A stretch of 34,058 nucleotides of DNA, taken from positions 1-34,058 of the forward strand of contig QOAS01000154.1 of assembly GCA_003972855.1 (NCBI GenBank). Direction: 5' to 3'. A program made the translations under genes and the position numbers. Positions 28,307 to 34,058 of this stretch are shown here, piece by piece; positions within the stretch are counted from its first letter, which is position 1; every line of letters starts with the position of its first letter. Origin of the DNA: Gammaproteobacteria bacterium (GTDB taxonomy: Bacteria; Aquificota; Aquificia; Aquificales; QOAS01). The notes beneath the pieces were generated by a model that ran no database searches, was not told the DNA's origin, and was given only the letters and a program-made list of their open reading frames with translations.

Positions 28307-28588
28307 ATGAACCTATTTAACGCCCTAAAACAGCTAAAGAGCCTCCAAGAAACTTTTAACAAGTTTAAAGAGGAGTTGGAAAAGGAAACGGTAACCTATG
28401 AAGATGAAAATTTCAAAATAGTTTCCAACCTTGCGGGGGAAATCTTGCACCTTGAGATAAAAAACGGCGAATGCAAAACTTTGGAAAAGGAACTCCTAAA
28501 GGCTCTGAAGGAAGTAAACAGACAAACAAGGGAGAAAATAAAAGAGAAAGCTCAAAATTCCCTAATGGGTTCAATGGGGCTTTTCTAA
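28307..28588 (+). CDS. ybaB: Nucleoid-associated protein YbaB/EbfC family
   Basis: 93 aa from ATG 28307: MNLFNALKQLKSLQETFNKFKEELEKETVTYEDENFKIVSNLAGEILHLEI.... It lies directly upstream of recR, the conserved ybaB-recR pairing. Confidence 0.8.
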   Translation: MNLFNALKQLKSLQETFNKFKEELEKETVTYEDENFKIVSNLAGEILHLEIKNGECKTLEKELLKALKEVNRQTREKIKEKAQNSLMGSMGLF

Positions 28589-28589
28589 A

Positions 28590-29195
28590 ATGCGGTTTAT
28601 ACCCGCGGAAATAGAAAAAGCTCTAAAGGAGATACAAAAACTCCCCGGCTACGGGGAGAGGGGAGCTCAAAGACTTCTCTACGGTCTTTTAAAACTTCCC
28701 CCCAAGGAGAGGCTCTCTATAGTAAAGGCACTTGCGGAGGCTACCAAAAGGTTAAACCCCTGCAAGGAGTGTGGAATTTACACCGACAAGGAGGTTTGCG
28801 ATATATGCACCTCCCCCGAGAGAAACAAAAAACTTTTAACGGTGGTTGAAGAAAGTAGCGACGCCTATGCCATAGAGAGGTTGGGGAGGTATAGAGGGGT
28901 TTACCACATATTGGGGGGAAGAATTTCACCCTTAGAGGGTATATCCGCGGAAGACCTAAATATAGACAAACTTTTGGAGAGGATTGAAAAGTATAAAACC
29001 GATGAGGTTATTTTGGCTACCAATCCCAACACCGAAGGTGAGGCAACCGCTTCCTATTTAGCCCACCTGCTTAAGAGAAAATTTCCCAATCTGAAAATAA
29101 CCCGCATCGGTTTCGGAGCGGCTTTCGGAACTTATTTAGAGCTTTTGGACGAGTTTTCCCTCTCAACCGCGTTTGAAAACCGCAAAGAGTTTTAA
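28590..29195 (+). CDS. recR: Recombination protein RecR
   Basis: 201 aa with an N-terminal HhH (LPGYGERGAQRL), zinc finger CKECGIYTDKEVCDIC, and Toprim segment (LLTVVEESSDAYAIE...ILATNPNTEGEATA). Confidence 0.93.
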   Translation: MRFIPAEIEKALKEIQKLPGYGERGAQRLLYGLLKLPPKERLSIVKALAEATKRLNPCKECGIYTDKEVCDICTSPERNKKLLTVVEESSDAYAIERLGRYRGVYHILGGRISPLEGISAEDLNIDKLLERIEKYKTDEVILATNPNTEGEATASYLAHLLKRKFPNLKITRIGFGAAFGTYLELLDEFSLSTAFENRKEF

Positions 29196-29211
29196 GATTT
29201 AAAACCCTTAA

Positions 29212-30006
29212 ATGGAGTTGGATAAACTTTTGACGGTAGCCAAAGAATCCGCACTTATAGGTGGACAAGTTTTAAAGGAAAATTTCGGTAAAGTCAAAAC
29301 GGAGGAGATAGAAGAAAAGGGACCCAAAGATTTCGTTTCCTTTGTAGACCGAAAGGCGGAGGAGAGAATCAGGGACTACCTCAAAGGAAAGTTTCCCGAA
29401 TTTTCCATACTCGGAGAGGAAGGGGGATTGGAAGAAAAAGGAAACCTATTTTGGGTTATAGACCCCTTGGATGGAACCAAAAACTTTTTGGCGGGTTTTC
29501 CTATTTTCGGCGTATCGGTCGCCTTGGTGGATGCGGAAAAAAATTTCCAACCTTTGGTGGGAGCGGTATACCTACCCTATTGGGACGAACTCTATTACGC
29601 TTCCCTCGGTGGTGGAGCTTTTAAAAACGGAAAACCTATTAGGGTGAATACCCATAAAAAGGAACTCAAAAAGTGTTTTTATTGCTACGGTTTTCCCTCC
29701 AGAGCCAAGAGAGACCTAAACCTTTACTGCGAAATAATGCTTAGCATTTTCGGGAAAGTAGCCTCTTTGCGCCGACCCGGTGCGGCGGCGGTGGATTTGG
29801 TTTACGTGGCGGAAGGTATATTTGACGGAACCTTTGAGTTTGAGCTAAAGATTTGGGATGTTGCGGCTGGAAGCCTTATAGTAAGGGAAGCGGGCGGTAA
29901 AGTTGAATGGTTAAACTTTAATACAACCGATTGGCGGTTAGACCTCGTAGCCTCCATTCCCCAATTCTTTGAGGAGATAAAAACGGAAGTAGAAAGTAGG
30001 CTTTAA
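29212..30006 (+). CDS. suhB: Inositol monophosphatase family protein (IMPase/FBPase-type)
   Basis: 264 aa with ILGEEGG, WVIDPLDGTKNF and WDVAAG motifs. Confidence 0.88.
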   Translation: MELDKLLTVAKESALIGGQVLKENFGKVKTEEIEEKGPKDFVSFVDRKAEERIRDYLKGKFPEFSILGEEGGLEEKGNLFWVIDPLDGTKNFLAGFPIFGVSVALVDAEKNFQPLVGAVYLPYWDELYYASLGGGAFKNGKPIRVNTHKKELKKCFYCYGFPSRAKRDLNLYCEIMLSIFGKVASLRRPGAAAVDLVYVAEGIFDGTFEFELKIWDVAAGSLIVREAGGKVEWLNFNTTDWRLDLVASIPQFFEEIKTEVESRL

Positions 30007-31121
30007 AACTTAACCATACGCAAAAAGGAGGGGATAAATTTCATCCACAATTTAACCGCTTCCTCACTTACTATTTCAAATTTGTCCAAAGGGGTATGGC
30101 GGTAAGGAAAGGGATTGGAGGCAAAAAATAGGGTTCTCGCCCCTTTTCTACGGAAAGGAATATGGTCGGAACGCCCGCTTCTACCCTCGGTAAAAGTTAT
30201 CTTTAGCCCCAATGTGTTTGCCACTTCCCAACATTGATTGATTAAGGACCTACTGCAAAAACCTTCCCCGTCTCTTACCAAAATTGCGGGAGTTCTCCAA
30301 CCTACCGTATCCACACTAATGGCAACGGTGTCTATTATTTCCCACTTAGGTAAATTTTCAACAAAGTGGGTTGCCCCCAAAAGCCCGTATTCCTCCAAAT
30401 CGGTAAAGAGAATTCTAAATCTACAACCCTTTGGCGGTTCAAAATTTATAGCCAACCACAGGAGAAGGGCTACCGAAAGCGCGTTATCTATAGCCCCCGG
30501 GGTAAAGGGTTTGGTATCGTAATGGGCAATAAAGGTTAAAACCTTTTGCCCTACACCCTTTTCCAGCCAAATATTTTCCCCTTTTACTTTAACTTCTTTG
30601 GTTTCGCTTCTTATGACAACTTGAGAGCCTTCCGATAAAAGCCTTGCGTCGGAAGGTTTGACCGAAACCGTCGGTAAAAGCCCCGCGGAAATACCGCTGT
30701 AAACTTCATCCACCTCCGGGCGGAAAACCACAATCCCTAAAGCTCCTTTGCGGTGTAAGAGCTTTTCCTTTTCCCTAAAGGGTAACTTTCCCTCCCTTAC
30801 CAAGGCTATTTTTCCTTTCAGATTTTTACTCTTCAACTCCTGAGAGGTTGCAAAACCGCAATCGGTTAAAATCCCTCCGACTACCTTGGAAGGGGAGTTG
30901 GTATAAGGAATGGCACTAAAGCGGTTGAGTCCAACTTCAACAAATCCCCCAATCGGTTTCAGGAGGGAAACCTCAAAAGATTGGGTTTTAAATCCGCCCA
31001 ACCTTTTAAGGGTTTCCTTTAAAAACTTTCTAACCGCAAGGTGGTGGGGGGAAGAGGGAAACCTCTCCGCGGAAGATATAAAACGGGTTAATTCCAAAAC
31101 GAAGTTAATACCCCTTTTCAT
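30003..31121 (-). CDS. M28-family metallopeptidase (aminopeptidase-like)
   Basis: FIAHYDTKP and FTDLEEYGLLGATHF are typical M28 zinc-ligand segments. ATG 31121 overlaps the ilvE stop (ATGA). Confidence 0.7.
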   Translation of the reverse strand: MKRGINFVLELTRFISSAERFPSSPHHLAVRKFLKETLKRLGGFKTQSFEVSLLKPIGGFVEVGLNRFSAIPYTNSPSKVVGGILTDCGFATSQELKSKNLKGKIALVREGKLPFREKEKLLHRKGALGIVVFRPEVDEVYSGISAGLLPTVSVKPSDARLLSEGSQVVIRSETKEVKVKGENIWLEKGVGQKVLTFIAHYDTKPFTPGAIDNALSVALLLWLAINFEPPKGCRFRILFTDLEEYGLLGATHFVENLPKWEIIDTVAISVDTVGWRTPAILVRDGEGFCSRSLINQCWEVANTLGLKITFTEGRSGRSDHIPFRRKGARTLFFASNPFPYRHTPLDKFEIVSEEAVKLWMKFIPSFLRMVKF

Positions 31122-32038
31122 CAATATACCGGCGTCAGAAGATTCCTGTATTTTTCCAACTTACCCCTTACCGCGCTAAAGAATACTTCTTGAACTTTCT
31201 TTGTTATTTCTCCAACTTTTCCGTCACCTATTTTTCTGTTATCCACTTCCACAATGGGGGTTACTTCCGCCGCGGTTCCCGTCATGAAAATTTCGTCCGC
31301 TATGTAAAGCTCGCTACGGGATATCGGTCTTTCTATAACCTCTATGCCCAAGTCCTCTTTTAAAATACGGATAACCAACGCCCTCGTTATACCCTCCAAA
31401 ATGTGTTCGCTAACCGAAGGCGTATAAACCACGCCGTTCCTCACAAGGAAGATGTTTTCACCGCTACCCTCCGCAACGAAACCGTTGGCGTTGAGCATTA
31501 TAGCCTCGTCGTATCCACCCAAAAGGGCTTCGGTTTTCGCCAACGCACTATTTACGTAAGCCCCTGCAATCTTATACCTCGCGGGGATTGAATTATCATC
31601 GTTTCTGACCCACGAGGAGACCTTTGCCCTTATACCCTTTTGGGGGTCAAGATATGCACCAAACGGGTATAGGTAAATGGCTATTTCGGGGGTGTAACCG
31701 ACCAATTTCGGGGTTAGTTTCAAATCCTTAAAGTAGACTATGGGGCGAATATAGATATCTTCCCTTACTCCACTTTCTTTGAGGAGTTCTCGGGTAATTT
31801 CCACCAATTGCTGGGGGGTATAGGGGAGTTCCATAAACATAGCTTTGGCATTTTTTAAAAGCCTTTCGTAGTGCTGGTAACCCGCCAAAATGTAAAGTTG
31901 TTCCTCCTCTTGGTTCCAATATGCCCTAATCCCCTCAAAAACGGCGGTTCCGTAGTGGAAAGAGTTGGTTTTTATGCTTATCTTTGCTTCCTCTATGGGA
32001 ACTATTTTTCCTTCAAAAAACGCCAATTCTCGCTCCAC
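31121..32038 (-). CDS. ilvE: Branched-chain amino acid aminotransferase
   Basis: ..FHYGTAVFEGIRAY.., ..AKT.., EGSGENIF, GITR. GTG 32038 is preferred because GGAGG (32050-32046 on the minus strand) lies 6 nt upstream. Confidence 0.9.
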   Translation of the reverse strand: MERELAFFEGKIVPIEEAKISIKTNSFHYGTAVFEGIRAYWNQEEEQLYILAGYQHYERLLKNAKAMFMELPYTPQQLVEITRELLKESGVREDIYIRPIVYFKDLKLTPKLVGYTPEIAIYLYPFGAYLDPQKGIRAKVSSWVRNDDNSIPARYKIAGAYVNSALAKTEALLGGYDEAIMLNANGFVAEGSGENIFLVRNGVVYTPSVSEHILEGITRALVIRILKEDLGIEVIERPISRSELYIADEIFMTGTAAEVTPIVEVDNRKIGDGKVGEITKKVQEVFFSAVRGKLEKYRNLLTPVY

Positions 32039-32099
32039 AGCAAACCTCCTATAGGTTTTTAACAATTTTACCGCCTAAAGCTCAAAACTTTCGTCAACT

Positions 32100-33001
32100 T
32101 ACATTTGATAAAAAATCTTTATCCACACCAATTTTGAACTTTATCCACATTGTAAAACCCTTGATAGAGTAAGGTTTTGTGGATTTTTATCCACAGAATA
32201 TCCACACAATTGTAATTTTTGTGGATAAAATACACCTTTTTGAGACTCAATATCAGTTAGCTTGACATTAAATACTAAAATTTAGTTGCTTGACAATAGA
32301 TACAAACAGGGTAAAACTGCAAAAGTTTTAAATAACACAAACTTCAAGATGTCTTCTTTTATCCACACAAATTTTACTTTTGTGGATAAATTCGTGGATA
32401 AATTTTTCGTCTTAGTATAAAGCGGTCTATATTTGTCAAGTTATATCCTTTTATCCACACAAATTATCATTGCGAAAATCTCAATTTTGCGTCGTTCTGA
32501 GCTTACTCTCCCAATGGTTTCAGTGTCAGCAATTGAAATTTGCAAAATGCAAGTCTATTATTAATAATTATTAAAAAAATAAATAGCTATCTATTCGTTT
32601 AATAGCCAGCTATATATACGCCCAGATTAAAAATTTGTTATTTTTTATATTAATAATAGGCGGAATGTCAAGTTTCATCTCGCCTTACTGCGACAAGGGT
32701 TTCCCGTTATCCACACAAATTTTGTTTTTGTGGATAAATGAATGTCAAATTTTACGAAATTCTTGTGGCTGTAAGGCGAAATTTATCCACATTTCAAACT
32801 TGACAACAACGAAATAACTTGACAAAATAATTTCACTTGAGAGGTTCCGAGCCTACTCTCTCAAGGGTTTGGGATTTTTATCCACACAAAAGTTCCTTGT
32901 GTGGAGATACTGAGTCTCAAAATTGCGGAAGTTATTGATAGAGTAAGTCAAACCTATGTGGATAAAAATTCCACTTTTTGTGGACAAAGGAAATTTCCAC
33001 A
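32100..33001. other. Chromosomal replication origin (oriC): two DnaA-box clusters flanking an AT-rich unwinding region
   Basis: There are 12 perfect TTATCCACA/TGTGGATAA 9-mers. Forward boxes start at 32119, 32141, 32187, 32359, 32451, 32707, 32783 and 32878. Reverse boxes start at 32220, 32381, 32729 and 32957. Three boxes have 1 mismatch (32198, 32393, 32979) and three have 2 mismatches (32178, 32900, 32993). There is no credible ORF. Confidence 0.9.
32545..32660. other. AT-rich putative DNA-unwinding element of oriC
   Basis: About 115 bp of very high A+T between the two DnaA-box clusters. ATTAATAAT occurs twice (32570-32578, 32649-32657). Confidence 0.6.
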
Positions 33002-33041
33002 AATAATATTTGGTAGCCTTTTGAGGTTAAAATTTCTAAAG

Positions 33042-34058
33042 GTGGAGCTTTTAGAGGAGCTAATAGAGAACCGTAAAAGGTTTTCCAAACTGGTGGTAAA
33101 ACCCTGCGGTGAAATAAAAGGAGAGGTTACCGTTTCGGGAGCCAAAAATTCCGCACTTCCACTTTTGGCGTCCGCCCTTTTGGTGGAAGAACTTATTTTG
33201 GAAAACTTTCCCCTTTTGCTTGACACCCTTTACGCCCTGAAAATTTTAAAAAACCTTGGAAAGGAGGTGGAGCTAAATCCTACCCTAAAAAGGGTTAGGA
33301 TTTACGGGGAAATAAAACGGGTTAAGGTTCCGCATGAACTTTCTTCCCGCTTTAGGGGTTCTATTTTGTTTTTGGGTGGACTTTTGGGGGCAAAGGGTGA
33401 AGCGGTAATTTCCCACCCCGGCGGTTGCGCCATCGGTGCTAGACCTATAGACCAACACTTGAAGTTTTTAAGCCATTTGGGGGCAAACCTAACCATTGAG
33501 GGAGGTTACATAAACGCTTCGCTCCCAAAAGGGGTTAAAAATTCCAAATTCGCCTTTGACTTGGTAACCGTTACGGGAACGGAAAATGCCCTTTTGACTT
33601 TGGCGGGTTTGGAGGGTGAATTCATTTTGGACAATATCGCTTTGGAACCGGAGGTTTTTGACCTCATAGACTTTTTGCGTAAGTTGGGTTTACAAATTCA
33701 AACCTACGGAAGGACTTTGAAAGTATCCGTTCCACCAAAGGGGAGGTTAAAGAGAAAGGTAACCCATAGGGTGATACCCGACCGAATAGAGGCGGGAACC
33801 TTTTTGGTTTTGGGTGCGCTTTTGGGAAATCCCTTAAAGGTTTCAGGATTGAACACCGACCATCTCGGTGTTTTGTTGGAAAAGCTAAAAGAGGCGGGTG
33901 CAAGTTTGAAGATACTATCACCTTCGGAGGCGGAAATTTATAGGGCTACACCTCCCAAGGGATTATTCATAGAAACCGCTCCCTATCCCGGTTTTCCCAC
34001 CGATATGCAAGCGCAATTTATGGCTATGCTTTCAGTAGCGAGGGGAAGTTCCGTAATA
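33042..34058 (+). CDS. murA: UDP-N-acetylglucosamine 1-carboxyvinyltransferase, N-terminal ~340 codons; the 3' end lies outside the window
   Basis: My own translation (the ORF is absent from the track because it has no stop): ..LVVKPCGEIKGEVTVSGAKNSALPLL.., HPGGCAIGARPIDQHLKFL, VTGTENALL, APYPGFPTDMQAQFMAM. The start is uncertain: GTG 33042, TTG 33021 or GTG 33093, and none has a well-placed SD. Confidence 0.88.
   Translation, partial: MELLEELIENRKRFSKLVVKPCGEIKGEVTVSGAKNSALPLLASALLVEELILENFPLLLDTLYALKILKNLGKEVELNPTLKRVRIYGEIKRVKVPHELSSRFRGSILFLGGLLGAKGEAVISHPGGCAIGARPIDQHLKFLSHLGANLTIEGGYINASLPKGVKNSKFAFDLVTVTGTENALLTLAGLEGEFILDNIALEPEVFDLIDFLRKLGLQIQTYGRTLKVSVPPKGRLKRKVTHRVIPDRIEAGTFLVLGALLGNPLKVSGLNTDHLGVLLEKLKEAGASLKILSPSEAEIYRATPPKGLFIETAPYPGFPTDMQAQFMAMLSVARGSSVI

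Noticed and set aside
32635-32817. 60 aa ORF inside the origin region, and the 90 aa minus-strand ORF at 32954-33226
   Set aside because: The first spans the AT-rich element and DnaA boxes. The second is antisense to the murA 5' end and runs into DnaA boxes. Neither has an RBS or a protein-like sequence.

Overview
This is a compact, almost entirely housekeeping chromosomal segment. Base composition is moderate in GC, proteins are rich in K/E/I, and tRNA stems are almost all G-C. That points to a thermophilic bacterium, probably an Aquificota-like lineage (inference only). I support about 31 protein genes: queE' (partial), dxs, polA, mutS2, a Maf/DUF115-like gene, trpD, mtnA, hyuA, an EAL gene, a globin-CZB gene, aroC, a DUF4416 gene, rimM, dnaN, a class B PBP, metG, prmA, a DAACS symporter, rpmB, ispD, an AMMECR1 gene, a CDP-alcohol phosphatidyltransferase, bioB, ybaB, recR, suhB, an M28 peptidase, ilvE, murA' (partial) and two small hypotheticals. 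There are also two tRNAs, Pro-GGG and Arg-CCU, each with a clear sigma70-type promoter. I found no transposase, integrase, CRISPR array, toxin-antitoxin pair or recognisable defence genes. Four things deserve a second look. (1) The 1 kb non-coding ilvE-murA gap is a textbook but highly ordered replication origin: 12 perfect TTATCCACA DnaA boxes, four box-N13-box palindromic modules, an AT-rich unwinding region, and several further repeat families that DnaA does not explain. It lies about 14.5 kb from dnaN, and no dnaA is in the window. (2) A two-gene minus-strand operon encodes a truncated-globin-like domain fused to a CZB zinc-binding domain, followed by a degenerate-GGDEF/EAL protein. This looks like a split redox/Zn/O2-sensing c-di-GMP phosphodiesterase module. 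(3) A GC-rich, hairpin-dense intergenic element of about 300 nt sits upstream of bioB. It has a long-range closing helix, a duplicated hairpin motif, and a minus-strand promoter whose -35 region matches the tRNA-Pro promoter over 15 nt. I could not assign it to any RNA family. (4) polA is split by a +1 frame change right after the ExoI motif. Function calls rest on motif recognition from memory, because no database search was possible.
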